Positions 1-8,872 of a DNA stretch of 60,790 nucleotides are shown here, one piece after another. This stretch comes from a virus, in IMG/VR virus record IMGVR_UViG_3300005253_000580, positions 1 through 60,790 of that record. One strand, given 5' to 3'. A model generated the notes under the pieces. The model was not told where the DNA came from, searched no databases, and saw nothing but the letters and a program-made list of their open reading frames with translations. A program made the translations under genes and the position numbers. Every line of letters starts with the position of its first letter. The first letter of the stretch is position 1.

Positions 1-121
1 CCCCGTTGAGTTCTCAACCATCATCGCCCCCTCTTGAATGCGCCTACCACTGACTGACGTACAAGCCGTTGCACGGCACCAGAGCGTACAACTTTGTCAA
101 TCGCGGTTTGGTCAGTCACCC
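1..121. repeat. Terminal direct repeat, copy 1 (identical to 60670..60790)
   Basis: ccccgttgagttctcaacc...ggtcagtcaccc occurs exactly at both ends. Joining the ends puts the ATG of ORF 60469..60693 in an ATGA overlap with the stop of ORF 21..479. Confidence 0.95.
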
Positions 122-479
122 AGCCACGGCGAGAGGCCCAACGTACTTGCCGCTTTCTACTATGCAGGAAGGCAGAGTAGCTCGCCTTGGAGCCTAGTTT
201 GTAGCCCGTAGCGCCGACTCTCCTAACTCCCCAGGAGCGATTGAGCTGCTCTGAGGTCTTGCGTCCACCACCTCGCCAGCGTGGACCGAAACCTCGCTGG
301 TACCAGCGGCCCGTAGGGTTAGACGGAGAGTTTGCGATAGTCGCCGGCGGATAGGGCGTCAGCTCATTGCGTATCTGCTCAATGATTGCTCGTGACGCTG
401 CGCGGATGGAGGGTTTGTAGTTGCGCCCAAGGGCTTGCTGTAGCCTCCTATCCCCACGAACCTGGATGCTGATAGCCAT
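21..479 (-). CDS. Hypothetical head-module protein (possibly HK97 gp10-like; weak)
   Basis: 152-aa ORF with a 1-nt overlap to the upstream gene and an ATGA overlap across the circular junction. Lies just downstream of the head-morphogenesis gene. No firm motif. Confidence 0.5.
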   Translation of the reverse strand: MAISIQVRGDRRLQQALGRNYKPSIRAASRAIIEQIRNELTPYPPATIANSPSNPTGRWYQRGFGPRWRGGGRKTSEQLNRSWGVRRVGATGYKLGSKASYSAFLHSRKRQVRWASRRGWVTDQTAIDKVVRSGAVQRLVRQSVVGAFKRGR

Positions 480-823
480 TAGCGCACCCGGTCAGGGTAG
501 CGCACGACACTGTTGTTGACCCTCTTCACCTTCACGTTGACCTTGGCGAGCGTTAGGTCCGCATCGTCGAACGCCAGGTCTGGACGGAGGGACGTATCGT
601 GCTTGTCGAGGTAGTAGTCAGCGGTCAGGCCCAGCTTGGCCGCCCATGTCTTAGCGTAGTCCTCACCACCGCCAGACCAGATGACCATCGTGTGACCCTG
701 AGCCTGAAACCAACGGTAGACAGCGATGACCTCGTAGTTGGGCACATCGATATCAAAGCCCGTCGCGGAGGCAGGGATGATGAGGGTGTCATCTACGTCA
801 AAGGCAACGATTAGGTTACCCAT
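479..823 (-). CDS. Small HAD-superfamily phosphatase-like protein
   Basis: N-terminal FDVDDTL matches HAD motif I (DxDxT). 114 aa, same operon. Confidence 0.6.
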   Translation of the reverse strand: MGNLIVAFDVDDTLIIPASATGFDIDVPNYEVIAVYRWFQAQGHTMVIWSGGGEDYAKTWAAKLGLTADYYLDKHDTSLRPDLAFDDADLTLAKVNVKVKRVNNSVVRYPDRVR

Positions 824-835
824 CAGTCACGATCA

Positions 836-1480
836 TCACGCCACCTTCAGCGTCGCATTGCATCTGCACGCCACGTGGGCGGGCGGTCCATCAGGAAATT
901 GATTCTTCCATACCGACTCTGGCTTCCCGTTGAGTGGCCTACAGATATCCGTATCAACCAAGTCATCACCCAGCGTGTGCCATATGCGCTCCATGACGAT
1001 ACCCGCACCACCAAGCTGGCGCTGAGCTATGTTGGTCGCCTCAGCGGACGCCCTCGTCACCTCGGTCACCGCGATAGCTTGTGCACGAGCAGGGCCAAAA
1101 GCTGGCCTTAGTGCCCCCTCCAATTCCCCCCGTGTCATCCCTGGCGTGGTGATGAAGGTCTGGATGGCCCGACTCACCACGTCTCGTGTCGTTGCGGTCA
1201 GGTCCTTCACCAGCCCGAATGTATGGTCTCGTGCCCAGGCAGCCGCCGCCTCATTGATGACTACAGCATCAAGATCAGCACTGACAGCCAGGGCTATGCC
1301 AGACGCTCGCTGCGCAACGTCAGTGAGTTGAGGTACGATGGCGGCGTTGAACATCCTCTCTACTTCATCGAAGCTGAGGATGTCGCCACGGATGATCTTG
1401 TCCGCTATGAGCGTGCCCTGTCGCCCCATCGCTCTAGTCAAGGCGAGACGCAGGGCGTCCTCGTCACGCTCCTGCGACAA
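836..1480 (-). CDS. Head morphogenesis / minor head protein (SPP1 gp7 / Mu F family)
   Basis: C-terminal ICRPLNGK...PPAHVACRCN signature typical of this family. Immediately downstream of portal. Confidence 0.8.
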   Translation of the reverse strand: MSQERDEDALRLALTRAMGRQGTLIADKIIRGDILSFDEVERMFNAAIVPQLTDVAQRASGIALAVSADLDAVVINEAAAAWARDHTFGLVKDLTATTRDVVSRAIQTFITTPGMTRGELEGALRPAFGPARAQAIAVTEVTRASAEATNIAQRQLGGAGIVMERIWHTLGDDLVDTDICRPLNGKPESVWKNQFPDGPPAHVACRCNATLKVA

Positions 1481-2810
1481 GAATGTCCTCCTCAGTCCTA
1501 TGCCCGTTGGTCTCTATCTCAGCGTAGCCAGGCATTGAGTAGGACCGGACTGGCTCCTTCACCAGCGCTGCAGGAATCTCAATGATGTTGGCCGATACTA
1601 GGAACACATCCCCATTGGGGGCAGCTTCAAACCCTAGAGCCTCACGGTATTCATTCCGCGTGAGTGCCCCGTCCTGGAAGCCATCCCTGATAGGAACCAA
1701 TGCCTCCTGCCTATTGATGGCGAGGGCACGGACTTCAGAGGTATCAAACTCAGTGATGATCCGCTCGTCAAACTCCGCTGCGACGTCAGTCTGGTACTGC
1801 TCCTGTAGGTTCCGCCAGAGATTCGACAGGGTAGTCTCGGCGAAGAACCGACGCATACCTGAAACGTTGTTATAGGTCGCAGCATCCAAGCCAGCCTGGA
1901 GTCCCGCAAGAATGGCAGGAACCCCCAAAGCCCCAGCGATCCGTGACTCTGAGACGGTACGGATAGAGGAGAGGTCAAGCTGGCGGGGGTTGAAACCGAT
2001 GGTTGTGATGGTCGTATCCCCATCCACAACGGCTGGAGTACCCAGCATAGCCCCGCCAAACTCCGCACGGAAATGTTCTTTAACCTGTCGTGCGGTCTCC
2101 TGGTTTAGCTTTGCCTTGATACTAAGCACCGTCGTAGGCGCAGCGTAGTTCGCCAGCAATGCCCCCACGAACTTGGTCGCCTCATTGTCTGATGCGATCT
2201 GCCGCGAGAGAACTTCCAGCGGCCCAAGACCCTCTACGATGCCACCCGACTCGCCGGCCGGATCGGGAAGCGTGAATGACACTACGTCCTTACGGGGGAT
2301 AGAGATGATCTGGGCATCCCCAGGCTGCTGGTAGCTGTAGCCCCAAAGTACCCGCTCGCCCGGCTCGTTGGAGTTGGAATAGATAGGCCCTACCCTATCA
2401 GGGCGCAGCGGCCACAGAGCGAGAAGTTGGCCTGTCATGTTGCGCTCTTTCCACCAAACGGATCGGCCCGTAATCCCTAGGTGGAGAGTCGTCAGTGCCC
2501 ACATCCGATACTCAGTCATGAGTTCGTTGGGGTGGCGCATGAGTTCTAGCAGCTTATGCCCCTCTGGCAACTCTTGGCGCTTATCCCCACCATCGAGAAA
2601 GGCTTTCATCGGTGGCTCAGCAACACCATGGGCCAAGAGTCGCAAACAAGCATAGACTACTTCATTCCGCGCATATGCCTGCCGAGCAAGCGGAAGGAAC
2701 TTGGTCTCAATGAGCCATGCCATATTGGCAAGCCATGAGGAGATGAGCGAGATGCCCTGGGTCGGAGTCGCCTTCAACCCATTCCAGAAGCTCTTGAATC
2801 GGTCAATCAT
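1464..2810 (-). CDS. Portal protein (HK97-type family)
   Basis: 448 aa with portal-like core (...FNPRQLDLSSIRTVSESRIAGALGVPAILAGL...). Followed by the gp7-like head protein. Confidence 0.85.
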   Translation of the reverse strand: MIDRFKSFWNGLKATPTQGISLISSWLANMAWLIETKFLPLARQAYARNEVVYACLRLLAHGVAEPPMKAFLDGGDKRQELPEGHKLLELMRHPNELMTEYRMWALTTLHLGITGRSVWWKERNMTGQLLALWPLRPDRVGPIYSNSNEPGERVLWGYSYQQPGDAQIISIPRKDVVSFTLPDPAGESGGIVEGLGPLEVLSRQIASDNEATKFVGALLANYAAPTTVLSIKAKLNQETARQVKEHFRAEFGGAMLGTPAVVDGDTTITTIGFNPRQLDLSSIRTVSESRIAGALGVPAILAGLQAGLDAATYNNVSGMRRFFAETTLSNLWRNLQEQYQTDVAAEFDERIITEFDTSEVRALAINRQEALVPIRDGFQDGALTRNEYREALGFEAAPNGDVFLVSANIIEIPAALVKEPVRSYSMPGYAEIETNGHRTEEDILVAGA

Positions 2811-3858
2811 CGATGTCCCCCCTTTGGATGACCTGCCCCCGCTCGATAATCCTGGAGGCCGTTCGTCCTAACACCACGGCGAGGTCGGTCATACCCGCCG
2901 GACCCCGCAAGGTTCTTACGTTCTCTGGCGTAAACACCTCGCCTACCGTCATGTCCTTTACACAGTGAACGCTGCGCCGATAGCGACGATAGAACGCCTC
3001 ATCAACCGCCTCCACTCTACCGTACATGATGACCTCTGTCTCACGTACCCGTTCCACCATCTCTTTGAACTCGTCGGGCTCTAGGGAGAAGGTAGCATCC
3101 GCCGCACCGTTGGCGCGGGAGCGCGTGAAGTGCTTCTCGATAATGCGGGCCCCGGCGGCTACGGCGAGGGCTGGCACCATAGGGCTCAGGGAATGGTCGC
3201 TGAGGCCCCTCACTACATGGTGTAGCCTATCCTGGTACTGACGATGCACCATATGGAGATTCATGTAGTGCAAGGGGGTGGGATAAGCAGTTACGCAATG
3301 CAAGACTGCTACATGGTCGAGACCAGTTAGGAGAGTAAAGGGGTGCAAACTTGCAAGGATTTCGTCCTCAGTTGCCATCCCTGTGGAGATAATGACGCGC
3401 TTGCCAGTGCGAGCTACGGCCCGAATCAGGTTCAAGTCCGTGATCTCAAAGGAGGCGATCTTGTAGGCCCAGACGTCAAGCATGTACTCCGTGAACATCA
3501 GTGCAGTGGGGTCGTAGATAGAAACAATAAACTCCAAGCCCAGAACCCTCGCCACCTCCTGTAGGGGCTGCGCCCAACTCCACGGCGTCCGTGCCTCAGA
3601 ATATAAGTCCCATAGCGTACGCCCTGCCCAGGGGCCAGAGTGGATCTGGAAGGGCTCTGTATCCATGGGTAGCGTCATCGTCTCGGGGCTGTAGAGCTGG
3701 ATCTTGACTGCATCAGCGCCAGCCTTGGCGGCAGCCTCCACCAGTGCCACGGCTTCGTCATAGCTGCCCCGGTGGTTGCAGGACAGCTCCGCAACAATAA
3801 TCGTTTTATCCGGCCACATTGAAGAGCCCCTTAATCCTAGCGAGTTCCTGGTCATCAT
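2803..3858 (-). CDS. neuB: Nonulosonic acid synthase, NeuB/PseI/LegI family, with C-terminal SAF domain. Likely true start is the ATG at 3819.
   Basis: IVAELSCNHRGSYDEAVALVEAAAKAGADAVKIQ matches the NeuB N-terminal signature. C-terminus VKDMTVGEVFTPENVRTLRG is SAF-like. Confidence 0.85.
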   Translation of the reverse strand: MMTRNSLGLRGSSMWPDKTIIVAELSCNHRGSYDEAVALVEAAAKAGADAVKIQLYSPETMTLPMDTEPFQIHSGPWAGRTLWDLYSEARTPWSWAQPLQEVARVLGLEFIVSIYDPTALMFTEYMLDVWAYKIASFEITDLNLIRAVARTGKRVIISTGMATEDEILASLHPFTLLTGLDHVAVLHCVTAYPTPLHYMNLHMVHRQYQDRLHHVVRGLSDHSLSPMVPALAVAAGARIIEKHFTRSRANGAADATFSLEPDEFKEMVERVRETEVIMYGRVEAVDEAFYRRYRRSVHCVKDMTVGEVFTPENVRTLRGPAGMTDLAVVLGRTASRIIERGQVIQRGDIDD

Positions 3859-4474
3859 CTAATGCCTCTGTACTCTTGGCCACATCCTCCACCTCTATGA
3901 TGGGCCGCGACTCATCAAATCCGTACTGCCATCGTGTCCTCACCAGGTTGAAAGTGTAGAACAAGTCCTCGCTCTCCACCTCGACCTCGATGCCCCGGCC
4001 CATCGCCATACCCAGCCAGAACTCCAGACAGGCACGGGCCGAGAGTGGCTCGCCCACTGGATGCAGTGTAACACCACAGAGCCTGATATGGGTCACCCCC
4101 TCCAGAATCGCATGGGCCACGAGCCAATCGAAGGTTCCACAGTGGTAGCGCCCATTGGGTAGCTCCTCCTCGATCCGCTTCTTCGGGAACTCCACACTGC
4201 CAGGAAATTCAGGGTAGTGGCGCTGCATGTATAGAGGGGTGCTGCCATCGTATTTCCAATGATTTAACCATGTGTCCTTGCTGACAGCATCCCAATAGGG
4301 CCAGTGCTCTTCCAGATACTCGGCTGAGTGAAGCTGATACCAGCGATCAGCATCCCAGGGGCCGAATGTGGACAAGGGATCATTGATACCCCATATTTCG
4401 TAGCCCGCTCTTCGGGCCTCGCGCCATGTCTTGAAGCCCTTACCAAACCCTACGATGGCAACCTTCCTAGTCAC
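3806..4474 (-). CDS. Rossmann-type transferase-like protein, paralog A. Architecture resembles CMP-nonulosonate transferases (CstII / DUF115-Maf-like); assignment tentative.
   Basis: KVAIVGFG ... EIWGIND ... RWYQLH ... GTFDWLVAHAILEGVTHIRLCGV aligns block by block with ORF 52065..53036. The block order resembles VIIAGNGPS / CNQ / ...GIDFY of sialyltransferase-like enzymes. Adjacent to the NeuB-family gene. Confidence 0.45.
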   Translation of the reverse strand: MTRKVAIVGFGKGFKTWREARRAGYEIWGINDPLSTFGPWDADRWYQLHSAEYLEEHWPYWDAVSKDTWLNHWKYDGSTPLYMQRHYPEFPGSVEFPKKRIEEELPNGRYHCGTFDWLVAHAILEGVTHIRLCGVTLHPVGEPLSARACLEFWLGMAMGRGIEVEVESEDLFYTFNLVRTRWQYGFDESRPIIEVEDVAKSTEALDDDQELARIKGLFNVAG

Positions 4475-4649
4475 GACTCACCACCCCTTTGCCCTTGCAC
4501 ATTGGGCAGCGCTCCTCGCCCGGGTCTTGGTCTTCCAGCGCATCGAATAGCTGAGTGATCGGGTCCACCAGCTTGGCCCAGATGTTCGTCTTTGGCTTTC
4601 GTCGCACACCGACTCCATGACAGACCGGACAGCGTCTAGTCATTCTCAA
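4467..4649 (-). CDS. Small zinc-finger protein with two DnaJ-type CxxCxGxG motifs
   Basis: CPVCHGVG and CPMCKGKG in 60 aa. Overlaps both neighbours (8 and 14 nt). Confidence 0.5.
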   Translation of the reverse strand: MRMTRRCPVCHGVGVRRKPKTNIWAKLVDPITQLFDALEDQDPGEERCPMCKGKGVVSRD

Positions 4650-5499
4650 AGATCCATAGCCTGGTCTGACCTAAGTCAGGGTAGTGAATCTCACTAGGGA
4701 TGGTGAATGCAAGGTGATTGACTGGTGCTTCGTAGTCCGGCTCCCGCCCCTCCTGCTGAGCAAGAAGAGCATTCACAACACGGGAGAGAAAGTAATATGT
4801 CCCCGTAAACCCGACTGTCACGTAATTGGGCAGTTTCTCCTCCAGCACGGCCGTGCATAGTTCTTCTGCTCGTAGGTACCGGGTATGGCTTGGCGGTACA
4901 ATCTCTGGTAGACCCACCCACTTCCGCATCCGGTTCAATCCATTGAGTCCGTCCTGCGACGACTCCACCATCACGTACTTCTTGCCCAGGGAGATGAGGT
5001 GCTGGATGGCCCGAAGCTGCGTCGGCCAGTCTGGCAGGTTGATGATGCAGCGCTCGGTGTAGACGGCATCGTACTCCGCACCCTTCCAGTCAAAGAGATC
5101 AGAGCAACCATATCGAACCGAACCGAGCGCACTAGACGAAAGCCGCTGGAGGTTACTCAGCATATCGGTGGAAAAGTCCACGGCGTCTATCACCATAGAG
5201 TACCGCTCAGCCAGATACCGCGCCGTCTCGCCATCACCGCAACCCATGTCCAGTACCCGCTTGGCACCCTGTAGCCTTCTGGCGATCTCACGCATCTCCA
5301 GTTCCTTCAGCACGCGATCCCGCGTCCCCGCATACTCGCCGAGGGAGGCGCGGTCATCCCAGAAGGCTTGCATATCTACAGCCATGTCAAGATTACCCAG
5401 AAGAACAATAATGCGCACACGACAGCTTCCCACGCTACAAAGACGCGCAGCCAATGCTCCCAGCCCAGATGGCCTCCTTGGCTTTGCCAGCTTGTCCAT
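4636..5499 (-). CDS. Class I SAM-dependent methyltransferase. Start uncertain: alternative ATGs at 5385 and 5373.
   Basis: VLDMGCGDGETARYLAE matches SAM-binding motif I. Confidence 0.7.
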   Translation of the reverse strand: MDKLAKPRRPSGLGALAARLCSVGSCRVRIIVLLGNLDMAVDMQAFWDDRASLGEYAGTRDRVLKELEMREIARRLQGAKRVLDMGCGDGETARYLAERYSMVIDAVDFSTDMLSNLQRLSSSALGSVRYGCSDLFDWKGAEYDAVYTERCIINLPDWPTQLRAIQHLISLGKKYVMVESSQDGLNGLNRMRKWVGLPEIVPPSHTRYLRAEELCTAVLEEKLPNYVTVGFTGTYYFLSRVVNALLAQQEGREPDYEAPVNHLAFTIPSEIHYPDLGQTRLWIFEND

Positions 5500-5569
5500 G
5501 GATCAGGTGGCGTCTCTAGCGTTCCCGTGTCCGTCCAAGGTGGTGGTGCTGGTGGCGGACCTGGGGTCT

Positions 5570-5941
5570 TCATGCTAGCCCCTCCAAGCTCAAGGCATCG
5601 AATGCTGCGTTGACCTCCTGCATCTTCTTCTCAGTGCCCCCTAGGTCAGGATGGTGACGCCGAGCAGCCTCACGATAGGCCGTGCGAATTTCAGTTGGTG
5701 AAGCCGTAGCGGTTGTGATGCCAAGCACTTTGAATGCCCGTTGTGCACGATGGCTAAGATGCAGCACCGTTGGTGCTGGGCGGCTAGCAGGTCGCTCACC
5801 GTACCAACCCCACTCCACTCGTAAGCGCCGAATCATCTCAGCAGTAAGTATGGGATCAACCCGCCACGCATTTGGATCCAGAACGTCACCCTCAAACTCA
5901 AACTCCCACTCTATCCGTATCTTGGGGCCATCGGGATTCAT
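5570..5941 (-). CDS. J-domain (DnaJ-like co-chaperone) protein
   Basis: C-terminal TEIRTAYREAARRHHPDLGG...MQEVNAAFDAL with the HPD tripeptide. Confidence 0.75.
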   Translation of the reverse strand: MNPDGPKIRIEWEFEFEGDVLDPNAWRVDPILTAEMIRRLRVEWGWYGERPASRPAPTVLHLSHRAQRAFKVLGITTATASPTEIRTAYREAARRHHPDLGGTEKKMQEVNAAFDALSLEGLA

Positions 5942-6570
5942 TCTATCATCCTCACAACCTCGAACGCCTCAGCGTACTCCACCCCCACCACGGCACCCCA
6001 GTATTGCGCTCGTGCTTCCAAGGCTCGGAAGGACCGGGGATGGGGAAAGGGGCGCATCTCGCTCTCATAGCACCGTAAGCCAGCTACCTTCTCTTGCCAA
6101 TACTGTGACACGTCCACGAACCGAGCGGGCCGGAACGAGTAGTCAAAGGCCCACTCGGTAGAAGATAGCACCTCAAAACTGTAGAGCGCTTGGAGAGGGT
6201 CCGCATAGCCAGGTCGCGTAGCTGTGAGTACCGCCTCGAACACTGCGCGGTGGTCTACATTCAGGTCGCTTCGGTGGTGGGTGTAGACGATGTGCGGCTC
6301 ATGAGCTTTTATCCATGCCTCGACTGCATGGATAATCCGTATCAACGGCACTGTATCCATCTGGTTATCAGGAAAGAGGTCGCCAACAAAGACAGGACTG
6401 AAGCCAAGCGCCCCTGCCGCTCTTACTGCACCCTCCACCTGCTGCCCGCCCTCTCGCCCTCTACCCAGGTATAGCACACTCACGCTCTCCCCCTCGGCGA
6501 TGTGCCGAGCGATGGTGCCACCCATGCCGAGAATCTCGTCGTCAGGATGAGCGCAGACCACACCGATCAT
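5938..6570 (-). CDS. PIG-L / LmbE-family N-acetyl-sugar deacetylase
   Basis: N-terminal VVCAHPDDEILGMGG matches the AHPDD(E) PIG-L signature. Confidence 0.8.
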   Translation of the reverse strand: MIGVVCAHPDDEILGMGGTIARHIAEGESVSVLYLGRGREGGQQVEGAVRAAGALGFSPVFVGDLFPDNQMDTVPLIRIIHAVEAWIKAHEPHIVYTHHRSDLNVDHRAVFEAVLTATRPGYADPLQALYSFEVLSSTEWAFDYSFRPARFVDVSQYWQEKVAGLRCYESEMRPFPHPRSFRALEARAQYWGAVVGVEYAEAFEVVRMIE

Positions 6571-6692
6571 TGGCCCTCCGCCTTTTCCATCTCAACTATG
6601 ATCTCGACATGCTCAGGGTCTTCAGTGTAACGGTGGCTTGCTTCCTCGAATGCCTGCCACAGGATTGTCAGCGTCGTCTTGATTTCCGTCAT
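6567..6692 (-). CDS. Hypothetical 41-aa protein (below the ORF-track cutoff)
   Basis: Hand translation gives MTEIKTTLTILWQAFEEASHRYTEDPEHVEIIVEMEKAEGQ. It exactly fills the gap, with an ATGA overlap onto the PIG-L start. Confidence 0.35.
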   Translation of the reverse strand: MTEIKTTLTILWQAFEEASHRYTEDPEHVEIIVEMEKAEGQ

Positions 6693-6693
6693 C

Positions 6694-6921
6694 TTACGTT
6701 GATCTATTGACATTTTTCACCTCCCACCCCTTCACCCTGAAAGCTCGCGCTATGTCGAAGTGCAACTCCACCTCCCCCTCAACCTCCGGCATCTCGGCCA
6801 TGACACGGAACTGATTAGGAACAGAGCCGCGCTGGACATCGAGAATCCGGCTCCCCTCTGGCGCGTTGAGAAGGCCAAGGAGGAAATTATACGAGACCTG
6901 GAAATTTATACGGCCCATCAC
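6694..6921 (-). CDS. Hypothetical protein
   Basis: 75-aa ORF with a 4-nt overlap to the upstream gene, in-operon. Confidence 0.5.
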   Translation of the reverse strand: MMGRINFQVSYNFLLGLLNAPEGSRILDVQRGSVPNQFRVMAEMPEVEGEVELHFDIARAFRVKGWEVKNVNRST

Positions 6922-7586
6922 CTCACCTCCGTTATCGTCACGTCCGCCTCGATCCTCCCCGTCTTCAGCGAGGCACGCGAGAACTCCAAACGGTAGCCAT
7001 TGACCTCTATGAACGCTTTGGGGTAGCCCTCCGCGTCCAGCATACGGATGAAGTCATGGAGTCCTTCCATGTCCAACTCTATGGGCAGCCAGCTCTGATC
7101 AGGTGTACGACGCTTGAACGTCACTACCTCGCCCACCTGCGATACCGACTCAGGCTCCGTAGCCGCTATCTCCTGGGCCATGTCGATGCACAGGTGTGCG
7201 GCGCGCAGATAGACCTCCTCAGCCGTGCCGTACAGGGCCAGGGGACGCTCCATGTAGATGGGCCCGGCATCCACCACCTGGGTCATCCGGTGCGCGGTAA
7301 TGACCGTCTCCGTCGCGCCTAGCATGATGAGGTTCTGCAGGGGAGAACCGCCGCGACCATAGGGCAAATCAGTTAGATGAAAGTTCACGGCCTCGTACCG
7401 CTCCGTAATCTCGGCGGAAACCCATTTTGAATAATGAATAAAGAATATGTAGCGCGGCACCATTAGCGGTAGCCAGTCCTTTGCCAACTCACCCGAATGG
7501 AAGTGCCAGTTGCTTGGGAGGTGTGCACGCTCAAAAGCATACTGTCCCCAGGGACGGTCACTGACGACGAGGTAATTGCTTCGCAC
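6918..7586 (-). CDS. Formyltransferase-like protein (Fmt N-terminal domain family)
   Basis: NFHLTDLPYGRGGSPLQN matches the H-x-(S/T)-x-LP-x-x-RG formyltransferase motif. The ORF is open to 7631, but a GTG at 7586 sits in a TAGTG overlap with the upstream small ORF. That start gives an N-terminus (VRSNYLVVSDRPWG) collinear with the duplicated fragment MKHYAVVSDRPWG. Confidence 0.7.
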   Translation of the reverse strand: MRSNYLVVSDRPWGQYAFERAHLPSNWHFHSGELAKDWLPLMVPRYIFFIHYSKWVSAEITERYEAVNFHLTDLPYGRGGSPLQNLIMLGATETVITAHRMTQVVDAGPIYMERPLALYGTAEEVYLRAAHLCIDMAQEIAATEPESVSQVGEVVTFKRRTPDQSWLPIELDMEGLHDFIRMLDAEGYPKAFIEVNGYRLEFSRASLKTGRIEADVTITEVR

Positions 7587-7753
7587 TATGTAAGCATCAG
7601 GGCATAGGCATAGACGAGGAGAGCGATCCAAAGACCCATAACGACCCCCGCCAATGCACCGTCCAGGTAGGCTTTATGCTCCCGCTCGGTCTCATATCCC
7701 CCTTCAACCCAGGCGGGTACCATTCTTTCGCCCTGTGTATCTAGTCTACTCAT
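7586..7753 (-). CDS. Hypothetical 55-aa protein with C-terminal TM helix
   Basis: Hand translation gives MSRLDTQGERMVPAWVEGGYETEREHKAYLDGALAGVVMGLWIALLVYAYALMLT. 1-nt overlaps at both ends. Confidence 0.4.
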   Translation of the reverse strand: MSRLDTQGERMVPAWVEGGYETEREHKAYLDGALAGVVMGLWIALLVYAYALMLT

Positions 7754-7899
7754 CACACGTCCTCCGCTTCGAACTCATCGAATGGGCAAATCTCTTCGTC
7801 TTCATATTCTACGCCGACAGGGTGGCGTTCAGATTGCCTCGCCCGCTCAAAGGCGTAGCGCCCCCAGGGTCGGTCGCTGACGACAGCATAGTGTTTCAT
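7753..7899 (-). pseudogene. Duplicated N-terminal fragment of the formyltransferase-like gene (48-aa ORF)
   Basis: MKHYAVVSDRPWGRYAFERAR... versus ...NYLVVSDRPWGQYAFERAH... in 6918..7586. The nucleotide match is also visible (gtcgtcag[c/t]gaccg[a/t]ccctgggg). ATGA overlap with the HNH gene stop. Confidence 0.45.
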
Positions 7900-8381
7900 G
7901 GAGCCACCGTCCGTTTGTAGTAAGCCCGACGCTGTATCCCTCGCGCCTTCTCAAGATTCCTCTTCCGCCAGCCTCTTCCCTGTTCATTCTTGCATATCTG
8001 ACACCACCGTCGCCCCTCTTCTACTTGATATGCATGCCCTCTTTGGCAATACTCGCGACGCGCATTAAGGGCTGCCGGCCCCATACCTCGAAGTATATTC
8101 TCTCTGTCCGATACTGCCTCCAAGTGAGAAGGGTTGACGCAAGCATGATTGCGACACAGATGATCTATGGTCAATCCGATGGGGATTGGTGACTTGAAAT
8201 ACGCATAGGCAAAGCGATGGACAAACTCTGCCCCCCTAGTATTATCTGTTCGACTCCCAACTGTGAATTGAGCATAGCCTTTATTGGTTATCGTGCCTTG
8301 CCAATTCCAACACTGCGTTATCACGTCAATCTCTACACACTTCCAGAACCGAATTATTAGGGGCGCCGCTATTCTAGACAT
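7896..8381 (-). CDS. HNH homing endonuclease (type A: DHLC..CVNPSHLE)
   Basis: LTIDHLCRNHACVNPSHLEAVSDRENILRG plus a C-terminal CQRGH...CQIC zinc module. GC is visibly lower than the neighbours. Confidence 0.8.
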   Translation of the reverse strand: MSRIAAPLIIRFWKCVEIDVITQCWNWQGTITNKGYAQFTVGSRTDNTRGAEFVHRFAYAYFKSPIPIGLTIDHLCRNHACVNPSHLEAVSDRENILRGMGPAALNARREYCQRGHAYQVEEGRRWCQICKNEQGRGWRKRNLEKARGIQRRAYYKRTVAP

Positions 8382-8628
8382 CAGATAACGCCCAGTCCAT
8401 GAACAGCCCAGCCTGAAACCGTGGGTTGTCCGCTTGCAGCACCTCGCAGACCGCGTTGATCGCCTCTAGGCGCCTACCGTCCACCATCGGGATCTTCTGA
8501 AGTGCGCGGGCAAAGTGGCGGTAGTTGTAGCGGCGCTCTTCTAGGGCTTCCATTAGCCTACCGTTGGTTCGTTGCAAGCTGTCACGCTCAGCTTCCAGGC
8601 TGGAGATAACTTTCTGTGAATCAATCAT
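8374..8628 (-). CDS. Hypothetical coiled-coil protein (start taken at the ATG at 8628)
   Basis: MIDSQKVISSLEAERDSLQ...; the ATG at 8628 makes an ATGA overlap with the stop of ORF 8625..8813. Confidence 0.5.
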   Translation of the reverse strand: MIDSQKVISSLEAERDSLQRTNGRLMEALEERRYNYRHFARALQKIPMVDGRRLEAINAVCEVLQADNPRFQAGLFMDWALSDV

Positions 8629-8813
8629 CTCGCCTCTATAGGTGGTGGTGGAGAGCCGTAATATATAGTGGCCCGCTGCCCGATGCCGAATACCCTCCCA
8701 CACCGAGCGCAATAGTCCTCTACCGTCTCCGTCCAGGCATTGACGGGCATCGGTTCGCGAGCGATCACGCGCTCTTGCAAGTCATGCAACCTCAGACTAC
8801 ATAGCAACGGCAT
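8625..8813 (-). CDS. Hypothetical protein
   Basis: 62-aa ORF, ATGA-coupled to the downstream gene. Confidence 0.45.
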   Translation of the reverse strand: MPLLCSLRLHDLQERVIAREPMPVNAWTETVEDYCARCGRVFGIGQRATIYYGSPPPPIEAR

Positions 8814-8872
8814 ACCTCACCTCCTCACTTAGCACCTTATCTATAGATGTTTTCTTGAAGAACCACATGGCC

